From assembly GCA_963666345.1 (NCBI GenBank), contig OY762721.1:1408001-1472000 (forward strand): a stretch of DNA of 64,000 bases, read 5' to 3'. A model generated the notes under the pieces. The model ran no database searches. It saw only the letters and a list, made by a program, of their open reading frames with translations, and was not told the origin of the DNA. Shown piece after piece: positions 38,806-48,628 of the stretch (position 1 is the first letter of the stretch; each line of letters begins with the position of its first letter). Source of the DNA: Desulfatiglandales bacterium. GTDB lineage: Bacteria; Desulfobacterota; DSM-4660; Desulfatiglandales; Desulfatiglandaceae. Both the position numbers and the translations under genes were made by a program.

Positions 38806-40057
38806 CGCTCCCCTCCTGTTTCAGCATTCTACCTGTGAGGACCTCCGTTATTTCCCCGTAAAGGTCTTCTATTTCCTCATCCGACAGATCGAATGGGCTG
38901 TCATCCATCAGGAGGTCAGGAGGCAACTTGCTCCGCAGCTGTTCAAGTTCCGGCACAAGATCAGTGAATACCGGTTTTCTTTTTCTAAGGGATTTTATTT
39001 CTTCATTGAGTGCCGATAAAGGAGAACCGTCTCTTGGCAATTCCTTGGAAGAAGTTTTACTTCCGGTGCGAAATAGAGTTTTTTCAATCCACACATCGAT
39101 CAGCCCTGCGGCAATTCCCTTAAACTCCTCAATCCAATGAGGCGCCTTTCTATGAAGACTTCCATAAAGCGACGTCCTTCCCTCGAGGATCACACGCACT
39201 GCTATGGGACGCCCTTCGGCGCGTTCAAGCTGGTCCTCAAAGGATTGCCTGACCCTCTCCAGGCATTCTTCTTCTTTCTCGCATCCGTCAAGGTTAACCT
39301 GGCAGACACCCCAGCGCAGTACGTCAGTATTATGATGCTCAACCTCCAGTACCCGGCCTTCTTCCACAGTAACAATGGTGCATCCTTTGGGTCCGATTTC
39401 CCGGATATGTCTTGCCTGTATATTGCCCGGGAAAACGATCCAGGGATCTTTTGATATTTCTTCACGCATGTGAACGTGCCCCAAGGCCCAGTATTGGTAC
39501 CCCTTTGAGCGAAGCGCATCGACTGTGCAAGGGGCATAGGGCTCATGCCCGGGTCTTCCGGTAAGAGCCGTGTGCAAAAGTCCTATGTTGAATACTCCCG
39601 GATCCGCCTGCGGATAATTCTGTGTCAGATCCTCGGTAACAGCCCTTGATGGAAAGCTCCGGCCGTGAATAGCCACTCCCAGATCATCAAGGACTTTAGT
39701 TTCTGCTTTTCTGGAAGAGAAAGAAGTTACATTATCAGGGAGATGGAGGGAGCGAGTTATCTGGCTGGCTGCATCGTGATTTCCTGAGACAATAAAGACC
39801 CTGATCCCGGCTTCTCTCAGGATTCCCATCCTGTTATTGAAATAGAGTCCTGTTTTGTAATCCTTCCAGTCCCCGTCAAAAAGGTCGCCTGCGATTAGCA
39901 CGAAGGCAACATCTTCATTGACGGCAAGATCTATGAGGTTATCGAAGGCATTTCTAACCGACCCCCTTATCTGTTCCACAGGGGCATCCTCGTAGGCCTC
40001 AAGACCCCTTAAAGGACTGTCAAGATGGATATCCGCTGCGTGTAGAAATCGGAACAT
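38795..40057 (-). CDS. YhaO/Mre11-SbcD-like metallophosphoesterase exonuclease
   Basis: HAADIHLD, AGDLFD, GNHD, LLHT, ALGHVH. Confidence 0.93.
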   Translation of the reverse strand: MFRFLHAADIHLDSPLRGLEAYEDAPVEQIRGSVRNAFDNLIDLAVNEDVAFVLIAGDLFDGDWKDYKTGLYFNNRMGILREAGIRVFIVSGNHDAASQITRSLHLPDNVTSFSSRKAETKVLDDLGVAIHGRSFPSRAVTEDLTQNYPQADPGVFNIGLLHTALTGRPGHEPYAPCTVDALRSKGYQYWALGHVHMREEISKDPWIVFPGNIQARHIREIGPKGCTIVTVEEGRVLEVEHHNTDVLRWGVCQVNLDGCEKEEECLERVRQSFEDQLERAEGRPIAVRVILEGRTSLYGSLHRKAPHWIEEFKGIAAGLIDVWIEKTLFRTGSKTSSKELPRDGSPLSALNEEIKSLRKRKPVFTDLVPELEQLRSKLPPDLLMDDSPFDLSDEEIEDLYGEITEVLTGRMLKQEGSDEN

Positions 40058-40488
40058 GTCCTCCTCCGGAGAGACTAATATTTTATGGTTGTTTTTACTT
40101 CTGCACCAACTTTTCGCTGTTAATGGCTTATAACATGTCGATTTAATTTTACCATTTAATTATTAACCGCTTATTTTGCATAGCATTATAGACTCATTAT
40201 TTATCATTAAAAGTTATGCTTAAAGGTAAAGATGGCGTATCCACCGGTTGATTGTTCAGGAGCAGTCGAAGGAACACATCAAAATGGAAAAGACACACTA
40301 CCGATGAGAAATGTTAATGTATTTGAGATAAAAATGCCAGCACCGTTAATAGATGGTTACAAGCTACAGGGTGCCGCATAGGACCTTCAGAGAAGATCCG
40401 ATAATAGGGATTTCAGCTGAATCATTTTGCCGTCACTTCTGCTTGCAAGAGGGGATTACCAGTTAAGATGCGTTATATTTATGGTTAC

Positions 40489-40531
40489 ATTCCTTGAAAA
40501 TCAGCAGTTGACATGATGAATTTCAAGGAAT
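40489..40531. promoter_or_regulatory. 11-bp inverted repeat enclosing TTGACA upstream of the AAA ATPase
   Basis: ATTCCTTGAAA-N21-TTTCAAGGAAT. Confidence 0.5.
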
Positions 40532-40542
40532 AATATGGCCAT

Positions 40543-41712
40543 ATGATTCACAGACCAGAACCCATCCATCAAATCAAGGCCTTGTTTCAGATACATCCGG
40601 TTACTGCCCTGCTCGGACCGCGGCAGTGCGGCAAGACTACATTGGCACGAATCATCGCCGAACAGGAGCCCTCCACCATTTTTGATCTGGAAAACCCTGT
40701 TGATATCCAGCGTCTTTCTTCTCCCCTGCAGACGTTGAAGGATCTCTCCGGACTTGTAATAATCGATGAGGTCCAAAGAAAACCCGAGCTGTTTGAGCTG
40801 CTCCGGGTATTGGTGGATCGACCCGGCCGGGACACCCGATTTCTGTTGCTGGGATCCGCATCGCCACATTTGGTCAAGGGTGTTTCGGAATCTCTGGCCG
40901 GCAGGATAGGATTCGTTGATCTGGCGGGTTTTCAACTTCGGGAAGTCGGTGTGCAGCATCGTGATAGATTATGGATAAGGGGTGGTTTGCCCAGGGCTTT
41001 TCTGGCCGATTCCGCCCCTGACAGCATTCAATGGCGTGAGGATTTTATTCGAACGTTCCTTGAAAGAGACATCCCTCAGCTCGGCATCACCATTGCCGCT
41101 GAAACCCTTCGCCGATTCTGGACAATGACGGCTCACTACCATGGACAGGTGTGGAATGCAGCGGAGTTTGCCCGGGCACTCGGCACTGCGGAAAACACGT
41201 CACGGCGATATCTCGATATCCTCAGCGGAGCCTACATGATCAGGGTGCTGCCTCCCTGGTTCGAAAACCTGAAAAAGCGACAGGTCAGAGCTCCCAAGAT
41301 ATATATTCGTGACAGTGGTCTGTTTCACAGCCTGCTCCAGGTTTCGACCTTAGCCGACTTGCAGGGCCATCCCAAAATCGGTGCATCATGGGAGGGTTTT
41401 GCGCTGGAGCATGTTATCCATTTTTTTCGAACCAGGGAGGCGTATTTCTGGGCTACACACGCAGGAGCTGAGCTTGATCTCATGTTGATGATCGCTGGTA
41501 AACGCTATGGTTTCGAATTCAAATATATGGATGCTCCCGGACGAACACGCTCGATGCATATCGCCATCCAGGACCTGGATCTGGAACATCTGTGGGTCGT
41601 CTATCCGGGAGAGCAGGGATACCCACTCGGCGATAAGATTACCGTAATTCCGCTGAATGAGATCTTCCAGCTTGCGGAAACCATGAAAAAAAATGCGAGC
41701 GGTGTAAAGTAG
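40543..41712 (+). CDS. AAA_14 ATPase with DUF4143 / PD-(D/E)XK-like C-terminus
   Basis: GPRQCGKT, IIDEVQ, LLGSAS, ESLAGR, KIYIRDSG, ELDL...FEFK. Confidence 0.9.
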   Translation: MIHRPEPIHQIKALFQIHPVTALLGPRQCGKTTLARIIAEQEPSTIFDLENPVDIQRLSSPLQTLKDLSGLVIIDEVQRKPELFELLRVLVDRPGRDTRFLLLGSASPHLVKGVSESLAGRIGFVDLAGFQLREVGVQHRDRLWIRGGLPRAFLADSAPDSIQWREDFIRTFLERDIPQLGITIAAETLRRFWTMTAHYHGQVWNAAEFARALGTAENTSRRYLDILSGAYMIRVLPPWFENLKKRQVRAPKIYIRDSGLFHSLLQVSTLADLQGHPKIGASWEGFALEHVIHFFRTREAYFWATHAGAELDLMLMIAGKRYGFEFKYMDAPGRTRSMHIAIQDLDLEHLWVVYPGEQGYPLGDKITVIPLNEIFQLAETMKKNASGVK

Positions 41713-41981
41713 AACATCCATAAGCTTAAAATTTGCCCGGAATTCATGACCGGCATGTCCGCTCCTTTTGCCGACCCGATGAAACCGTCTGAATTGGAAG
41801 TACCTCCTGTAAGGACGATCGATTTTCTATCTACATCAAACCGCCAGGTTGCGTACATGCCGAAAATGGACCCGATAATATCAACATGCCGCAGGCACAT
41901 ACCAGTAACCGACTTACTTCCAGGATTCTTCTTCCTGCTTTCCACATTAATTTACTCTTTCCGTCTCACATCTATTTTTTT

Positions 41982-42584
41982 GGTTCTTCTCCAATTTAGT
42001 TGTCGAAGAGGGGCCAAGGACCCAAGGATTCTTTGCTTCGCTTAAGCTTCGCGCAGTCCCACCCTTCGGCCAGTTCAGGGCGGGTTCCCGGTTTCGAGGG
42101 CTTTCTTTCCAGGGATTTGATCATCGCTTTGGACATTGCCCCGACATCCCTTATTTCCCTTCTTAATTTTTGAAGCCGCTCTTTTTTTAAATAACCCAGG
42201 TCAGCTGATGTCATGTCCCGGGTTTCCAATTCACAGGCTTAACCATATGCAATAAAGAAAAATTGCATATACTCTATAGCCGTTTTTTCCCATACCCTCA
42301 GGCGGTATCCCTTGATACGAAAACAGCGGATCTTCTGATTCGGGAGGTAAAACAGTATTGCTCATCTTTAAAAAAACATTTCGTTTCTTTATACATATGC
42401 AAACAAGGTGTATACAATTTTTTTTACCGAACGTTTAACTTCCTATGATCTTTAAGCTTTTCACTCGAACCCGCGGCCCCTTGACCCCTCCAAACCGGGA
42501 ACCCGCTGCGAAGCAGTGGGACTGAGCTGAGCTAAGCGAGGGCGAAGAATCCTTCATTTAGACCAACTCTTTTGGAGATAATCC
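41982..42584. mobile_element. MITE-like element copy 1, carrying a four-helix-bundle pseudogene
   Basis: Ends GGTTCTTCTCCAATTTAGTTG / CAACTCTTTTGGAGATAATCC, with further nested inverted repeats (42024-42100 vs 42486-42554); poly-T flanks on both sides. Confidence 0.65.
42095..42460 (-). pseudogene. degraded four-helix-bundle (23S rRNA IVP/bAvd-like) protein
   Basis: Readable remnants FTSRIRRSA, EGYGK, EYMQFFFIAYG*ACELET and DLGYLKKERLQKL...KAMIKSLE, with stops and frameshifts. Confidence 0.7.
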
Positions 42585-42620
42585 TTTTTTTTTTAAATGT
42601 TCCAGGTTTGTGAGAGTGGG

Positions 42621-43451
42621 TTAAGCCCCAAGCTTTATTCCGAAAAACCTGCAGACATTGTCTCTGGTAAGTGACCTCTTAGCGGGATCGGTAAGATCTA
42701 CTGAGACTGAGATCCGGTAAAGGTCCTCATGCAAGGAGTCCCCGGAATCCGTGTTGAGCATGATCTTCCCGCTCATAGATGAATGGTCCTGCAGGATATT
42801 TTTTACATCCTCCAAACTGCTCTTGGGCGGGCTGACCGTTATCCCGGCCCAGAAGCCGGATGAAAGGACCCCTCCTATGGTTTCGGGCGTGCAATGATCC
42901 ACCACCATGGAGTCTTTCCATGGCGCAAAATCCTTAAGTATGGAAAGAATCTGAGTGGTTACACGCGCCTTTTGCTTTCTCGGCGTATGAATGCCCATCA
43001 CCTTTCCCCTTTGGGCCGCCTCTTCGGCCATCTCCAATTGGGCACGGAAAATCTCCTCCTCCCTGCCTGAACCGGTCTCAAGGCCTATCTCGCCTATTCC
43101 CAGACAAAGGGGATCGTCAAGACAGGGGGATACGAGCCCCCTTACGTGCCTTGCCTCAAGATCCGGAGGTATGTTTCTGGGATGAACCCCGGCAAGATAG
43201 AAACAGGGAAGAAAATCTTTTCTTATTTCCTTGAAAAATCGGGGCCTCGTCCTGAGGTATTTTTCAAGATCGGAAGAACTACTGATATCCCGGGCAAAGG
43301 CCCATGAAACCGGCAGACATCCTATCCGGGCCAGCCGGCCGACCGATTCACAAGCCTCCATGACGAGCAGGTCAAGATGCAGGTGGCTGTCCACAAAGCT
43401 TATGTCATGGCCGGACAAATTGTTTCGGGTAATCACAAAAACCTCGTTCAT
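42621..43451 (-). CDS. TatD family metal-dependent hydrolase
   Basis: DSHLHLD, GVHPR, GIGEIGLE, IHTPR, VVDH, LNTD. Confidence 0.85.
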   Translation of the reverse strand: MNEVFVITRNNLSGHDISFVDSHLHLDLLVMEACESVGRLARIGCLPVSWAFARDISSSSDLEKYLRTRPRFFKEIRKDFLPCFYLAGVHPRNIPPDLEARHVRGLVSPCLDDPLCLGIGEIGLETGSGREEEIFRAQLEMAEEAAQRGKVMGIHTPRKQKARVTTQILSILKDFAPWKDSMVVDHCTPETIGGVLSSGFWAGITVSPPKSSLEDVKNILQDHSSMSGKIMLNTDSGDSLHEDLYRISVSVDLTDPAKRSLTRDNVCRFFGIKLGA

Positions 43452-43640
43452 AAAAAGAAGGGGTTGAAATCATATACGGTAATCGAACCCTATTGCTTAG
43501 AGGGCTCCTCCTAAAAAAAATCATTATGACAATTCTGTTCGGTGCCTTATTTCAGGCTGGTATTTAACTGTTTTTTATTGTATCTGAAAAATGCTCATGG
43601 TAAAAATATAGGCAATATATAACTACAGGCAAAAAAGATC

Positions 43641-44087
43641 ATGGAAATATTTACGATAGGGTATGAAGGGTTTGACCAGCGCCAATTTCTGGCTTGGTTA
43701 AACAGCTATAGCATTGATATTGTTGCTGATGTGAGGGATCTTCCTCTAAGCCGTAAAAAGGGGTTTTCCAAAACTGCGTTGTCCGATTTTCTAAAGAAAA
43801 ACGCTATCGAATATATCAACTATAGACGGCTCGGTGCACCAAAAGAACTAAGGGCCTTCCTATTAAAAACCAAAGATTACCCCACCTTTTTTAAAAAATA
43901 TAAAATGACGATCTCAGACAAAATGAACGACATTGATGAAATCCTCAATACCGTTAAGGAAGGGAAAAAGGTAGCGTTATTATGCTATGAAAAAAATCCG
44001 GAAAAATGCCATCGCAGTATCGTAGCGGATGAAATTAAAAAAAGGGACGGGAATGGTTTAAAAATCAAAAACTTAGGTCTTTATTGA
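43641..44087 (+). CDS. DUF488 domain protein
   Basis: IFTIGYEG, DVRDLPLSRKKGFSK, LLCYE..PEKCHR. Confidence 0.9.
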   Translation: MEIFTIGYEGFDQRQFLAWLNSYSIDIVADVRDLPLSRKKGFSKTALSDFLKKNAIEYINYRRLGAPKELRAFLLKTKDYPTFFKKYKMTISDKMNDIDEILNTVKEGKKVALLCYEKNPEKCHRSIVADEIKKRDGNGLKIKNLGLY

Positions 44088-44893
44088 TCAAAATCCAATC
44101 TTAGTTGCGATTCCTTTGGAGGCCAAAAAAAACCAAGGATACAAAAAACATGCGGATGCTGTGACATGTTACCCACTAAAAGATATGTTTCTCTTTTTGG
44201 CCCACAAATAGTGTCCATAACCTTATCTCTAATACGTTCTTTCCAGTCTTTTTTGTTTTTCACTTTTCGGTATAATTCAGATATTTCCCAGTCAAGGATG
44301 CTGTATTCATGCCCTTTGCACAACTTATGGCCACAGTTAAATTTCAGGATAAATCTGAATTTCAACAGCTCAAGATCCTGTTTTTCGCCAAGCATATCTA
44401 ATTGAGCCATGATTGATTTTTTCTTTAATTCAGTTTCACGAATCTCGGTAGAATTTTTTTTGACAATCCCACATCCTAGTATTGAACTCGGTTTAATAAT
44501 ACCTAGGGATGTATTGTGAATCTCTCTATGGGCCTGCAGATCTTCAATAGACTTAAAAATGTTCTTTTCATTAAGAACCCATCTTCTTCTCTCAACCCAG
44601 CCAGCTTTATTTGTACTGATAAGTGAACCAAGAACGATCGATTCATCGTTAATGTTATAACTTTCCGGCCTAGGGTCAGTTTTTGACTTTCTGATCTCTG
44701 CCTTTATCCACTGATATTTAGAGAACACATAATCACCACCAAGGTATCTGAACCTTATCGGAAAAATTCGGATCATCTGGCCGGTATCGGCCAAAATTCC
44801 GCATGTGCAAACGGTTTCAGTATATTTAGTGCTGTACTCGGGATAAGTCTTTACAGTGATTAGGATGTCCTTTTCTTCCCATCTGCCGGACAA
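44081..44893 (-). CDS. conserved hypothetical protein of the type found beside DUF488 genes
   Basis: ILITVKTYP...ETVCTCG, IRIFPIRFR, KYQWI, DPRPESY, SLGIIKP, ILDWE. Confidence 0.75.
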   Translation of the reverse strand: MSGRWEEKDILITVKTYPEYSTKYTETVCTCGILADTGQMIRIFPIRFRYLGGDYVFSKYQWIKAEIRKSKTDPRPESYNINDESIVLGSLISTNKAGWVERRRWVLNEKNIFKSIEDLQAHREIHNTSLGIIKPSSILGCGIVKKNSTEIRETELKKKSIMAQLDMLGEKQDLELLKFRFILKFNCGHKLCKGHEYSILDWEISELYRKVKNKKDWKERIRDKVMDTICGPKRETYLLVGNMSQHPHVFCILGFFWPPKESQLRLDFDQ

Positions 44894-45413
44894 TATATGC
44901 TCCTAAGTAAAGATTTCAGGCATTTTTCCCCGATATCATCAGCTATCAATCGAGACTGTGCCAAGATCGCTTTAAGACCTGCAACGATCCCCTGGGCCAG
45001 TAATCATGGAGCGTAAAAAGTAGACTACGAAAAATTGCAGCTTAAATTCGATATTTTGTAAAAAAAAAGATATTTTCATAAAATATTTTAATAGCAAAAC
45101 TTATCCAGTAATAAAAGTGCCGTTTTCAGACATTCTTCATGTTTCAGGATATCAACCGAACGAAAAATATCAGAATGCCGAAAATTTTAAGATTTTCCGA
45201 CATCAATAAAAGGAACCTGCAAAATCCATTTTGGTTGGGCTTACGCCCTTTCCGTTCGCTGGCCTAACATCTTGATCTTACATACCAATGCCGTCAACTT
45301 AGGTTTTTAAAACCCACCCCTTCACAGCCTCAATGATTTAACGGTAAAAGGATCATATCCTTTCACTATTTTTATGCGGTATCAAATTTTATTAAAAATA
45401 TTAGACAATTAAC

Positions 45414-45442
45414 TTGACAGACAATTCTACTGTCTGTAGAAT
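45414..45442 (+). promoter_or_regulatory. sigma70 promoter of the DEAD-box helicase
   Basis: TTGACA-17 bp-TAGAAT. Confidence 0.75.
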
Positions 45443-45486
45443 GTTCCACTATTAACAGTGTTCTTGGTTGTAATTTGAAATCACGT

Positions 45487-45516
45487 AAGCCCCGGAATAA
45501 CTCCGGGGCTTTTTTT
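45487..45516 (+). terminator. intrinsic terminator in the 5' leader (attenuator-like)
   Basis: AAGCCCCGGA-ataac-TCCGGGGCTT followed by a T-run, between promoter and start codon. Confidence 0.75.
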
Positions 45517-45542
45517 ATTGGAACACGGAAAGAAGGTATTTT

Positions 45543-46775
45543 TTGAACTTTGATACATTTAATTTTCATCCCTCAGTTGCCGCAGGCATTGCAGCAGCCG
45601 GCTATGAAACCCCTACCCCGATTCAGGCCCGGGCAATCCCGCAGATAAACGACGGTCGTGATGTAATGGGCCTGGCCCAGACCGGCACCGGCAAAACAGC
45701 CGCCTTTGTACTGCCGATCCTGAATCGATTGACGGGGGGAAGACATGGTTGCATTCGCGCCCTGATAATCGCCCCTACCCGTGAACTGGCCGAACAGACC
45801 CACCAGGCCATCGAAACCCTGGGACGCAGGACACGCATAAAAAGCGTTACCGTTTACGGCGGCGTGGGAATTAACCCGCAGATTCAGAAACTCAAGCATG
45901 CCGATATTGTGGTTTCCTGCCCCGGCCGGCTTCTTGATCATATCGGTCGTCCCAGCATCGATCTATCCCGGCTGGAAGTGCTGGTTATAGACGAGGCCGA
46001 CCAGATGTTCGACATGGGGTTTTTCCCTGATATCCGGCGAATCCTGAAACATCTTCCCCAAAAACGCCAGACCCTTCTCTTCTCGGCTACCATGCCGCGT
46101 GAAATCCGTCGCATGGCAGGGGATATCCTGCAAGATCCGGCCACAGTCCAGGTCGGAACCACAGCGCCTGCCGATACCGTCAGTCACGTACTCTACCCGG
46201 TAGCCCAACACCTGAAAACGGCACTGCTGTTAAAGCTTCTGGGAAAAACAGATACCAGGTCGGTGCTCATCTTTACCCGGACCAAACATCGCGCCAAAAG
46301 TTTGGGGAAAAAGCTTTCCGCCGCAGGATACCGATCGGCTTCGCTTCAGGGAAACCTTTCCCAGGGAAAACGTCAGGCCGCAATGGACGGGTTTCGGGAC
46401 GGGACATTTCAGATTCTGGTGGCCACCGACATCGCCGCCCGCGGCATCGACGTTACCAAGGTTTCTCATGTCATCAATTATGACATCCCTTCCACCCCGG
46501 AGGCGTACATTCATCGCATCGGACGTACCGGAAGGGCGACCCGCAGCGGCGAGGCATTTACCCTTGTTACGGGAGAAGACAGGGATATGGTACGCGCCAT
46601 CAACCGAATCATAGGTTCCGAGATCGAACAGCACGTCTTATCCGATTTTGACTACAGGTCACCGGCGCCTGATCGTGCAACCCGCCCGAAGCGAATGGAC
46701 AAACCGCATCACAAGTTTTCCGGAGTCAAAAAGACCCGGAACAGGTCGGATTCGCTCCCGGCATTTTTTGCTTAG
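45543..46775 (+). CDS. DEAD-box RNA helicase (RhlE-like)
   Basis: PTPIQ, AQTGTGKT, PTRELA, DEAD, SAT, ARGID, HRIGRTGR. Confidence 0.95.
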   Translation: MNFDTFNFHPSVAAGIAAAGYETPTPIQARAIPQINDGRDVMGLAQTGTGKTAAFVLPILNRLTGGRHGCIRALIIAPTRELAEQTHQAIETLGRRTRIKSVTVYGGVGINPQIQKLKHADIVVSCPGRLLDHIGRPSIDLSRLEVLVIDEADQMFDMGFFPDIRRILKHLPQKRQTLLFSATMPREIRRMAGDILQDPATVQVGTTAPADTVSHVLYPVAQHLKTALLLKLLGKTDTRSVLIFTRTKHRAKSLGKKLSAAGYRSASLQGNLSQGKRQAAMDGFRDGTFQILVATDIAARGIDVTKVSHVINYDIPSTPEAYIHRIGRTGRATRSGEAFTLVTGEDRDMVRAINRIIGSEIEQHVLSDFDYRSPAPDRATRPKRMDKPHHKFSGVKKTRNRSDSLPAFFA

Positions 46776-46887
46776 ACTAAACATTGCTGAATAGAAAAAC
46801 AAAGGGGGATATGACTATCCCCCTGCCTGGTTTCCATCCGGAAACGGCTGTTTTCAACAATCCCTGCATTGATCTATCCTATCGTTT

Positions 46888-47402
46888 GTGAGTCGTACGG
46901 TAGTAGATCACTACATAGCCCCTTGATTTTCTCTGCTCCGCTTACACCCAGGACTACCTCTCAGCAGGCTCGGTAAGGGTCTCGGGAAGTGCCGGCCGGG
47001 ATAATGCCCTGTCCTCCGCCATACCATATCCGTATTTCCTTCGACATATCACGATAGAGAGGCATCTAAAGTCTCAACCATCTTCATAGATGCCCTGCCT
47101 GGCATTTCCCTGTTAGGTGATATGCCAGGCCCCGGGAAATTCCATACGGTTAATCTAGTACCCATACAGAAATTGCTCACTTCCGGATAATGGTTTCAGC
47201 CCCGCCACATTCACGGCGGGCAAGCGTGGGCTATCAGTAAGTAGCCGACAATTTGATGTCCCGACTATTTTTCTGACAGATGAGAGCTTGTGCACCATCA
47301 TTTTGGTGCACTGAGAGCTGATAGCGCGAGTCCATAAATCTTGGCTTATTGATGGACGCTAATCTAGCCCAATCAGACTTGTATTTCATGTCCTGGCACC
47401 CA
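46888..47402. mobile_element. ORF-less, hairpin-rich element; possible transposase-deleted IS110-like remnant or structured ncRNA
   Basis: At least five stem-loops, no ORF, higher GC than the downstream flank; IS110 assignment is from recalled resemblance only. Confidence 0.35.
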
Positions 47403-47514
47403 TATTACCATATTGACCCAACTTCCCTCATTATTAAATAATATTAAAGTTACCCAAAAAACTGCCGATAATAAACATACATCAACAATAAAATATTTTT
47501 AAAGGAGGCGAATC

Positions 47515-48420
47515 ATGTTTAAGAAAATCATGTTCAGGAAGGTACTACTGTTTGTTGCGACCGCTTTTTTTCTCAATGCAGGCATTGTTGCTGCAGAATC
47601 ATACAAGATCGGTGTTCTCGCCAAGCGCGGTCCGGTAAAAGCGCTGAAACAGTGGAAGTCGACCGGTGATTACCTGACGGCCAAAATCCCCGGCAAGACA
47701 TTTGAGATCGTTCCCCTGGACTTTGATGCCGTCAATCCCGCCATCGAAAAAGGAGAGGTGGATTTTTTCCTGGTCAATTCATCCATGTTTGTGACCGCCC
47801 AAGTCAAGTACGGTGCTTCTCCTATTGCCACCATGGTCAACTCCCGGCAGGGGCAACCTTTAAAATCATTCGGCGGCGTCATCCTGACCTCGGCGGATAA
47901 CGAGGAGATAAACTCTCTGGCCGATTTGAAAGGGAAATCCTTCATGGCGGTCAAGGCCTCCTCCTTCGGCGGCTGGCAGATGGCGTACAAGGAAATCCTG
48001 GACATGGGAATCGACCCGAAAAGCGATTTTGCCGGTCTGCAGTTCGGCGGCAAGCATGATAATGTGGTGCTGGCGGTACAAAACGGTGCGGTGGATGCAG
48101 GCACGGTGCGCACCGATACGCTCGAGCGCATGGCTGCTGAAGGCAGCATCGATATGGAAGAATTCAAGATTATCAATAAAAAGGGACACAACGGTTTTCC
48201 GTTTGTGTGCAGCTCACCCCTGTATCCCGAATGGCCTCTGGGCAAGGTTCAAAAGACCCCTGACGATGTGGCCGAAGCTGTGGTCGATGCACTCAAACAG
48301 ATGAAGCCGCAAGATCCTGCGGCAAAGGCTGCCAAGGTGGTCGGCTGGACCGACGCGCTCAATTACGGCCCTGTGGAAGAGCTGCAAAAATCCCTGAAAG
48401 TGGGCGCCTACGCATCGTAA
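47515..48420 (+). CDS. PhnD/phosphonate-type periplasmic substrate-binding protein
   Basis: Signal peptide, SLADLKGKSF, SFGGW, HDNVVLAVQNGAVDAG, LYPEWP. Confidence 0.85.
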   Translation: MFKKIMFRKVLLFVATAFFLNAGIVAAESYKIGVLAKRGPVKALKQWKSTGDYLTAKIPGKTFEIVPLDFDAVNPAIEKGEVDFFLVNSSMFVTAQVKYGASPIATMVNSRQGQPLKSFGGVILTSADNEEINSLADLKGKSFMAVKASSFGGWQMAYKEILDMGIDPKSDFAGLQFGGKHDNVVLAVQNGAVDAGTVRTDTLERMAAEGSIDMEEFKIINKKGHNGFPFVCSSPLYPEWPLGKVQKTPDDVAEAVVDALKQMKPQDPAAKAAKVVGWTDALNYGPVEELQKSLKVGAYAS

Positions 48421-48628
48421 CGACTTAAATCGTATCCCCCCCTGCCCCTTTTCCTCAGCAATAGCGCTGAGGGGAGGGGGGAGTTGAAAAGCAGATGCGT
48501 ACAAATGGATCTTGAAACCTTCACGACACGACGGAGCATCACACGATACTGGAAGATATTACTGGACCATTTTTTAAATTATGGATCTTAGCCGGCTATA
48601 AAACACTGATTTTACATCGAAAGGAGTT

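Noticed and set aside
42095..42460. DGR accessory (Avd) gene implying a diversity-generating retroelement
   Set aside because: No reverse transcriptase or TR/VR pair in the window, and the gene is decayed
46888..47402. Group II intron
   Set aside because: No recognisable domain V and no RT ORF; the minus-strand start GTGCC is not the GUGYG consensus
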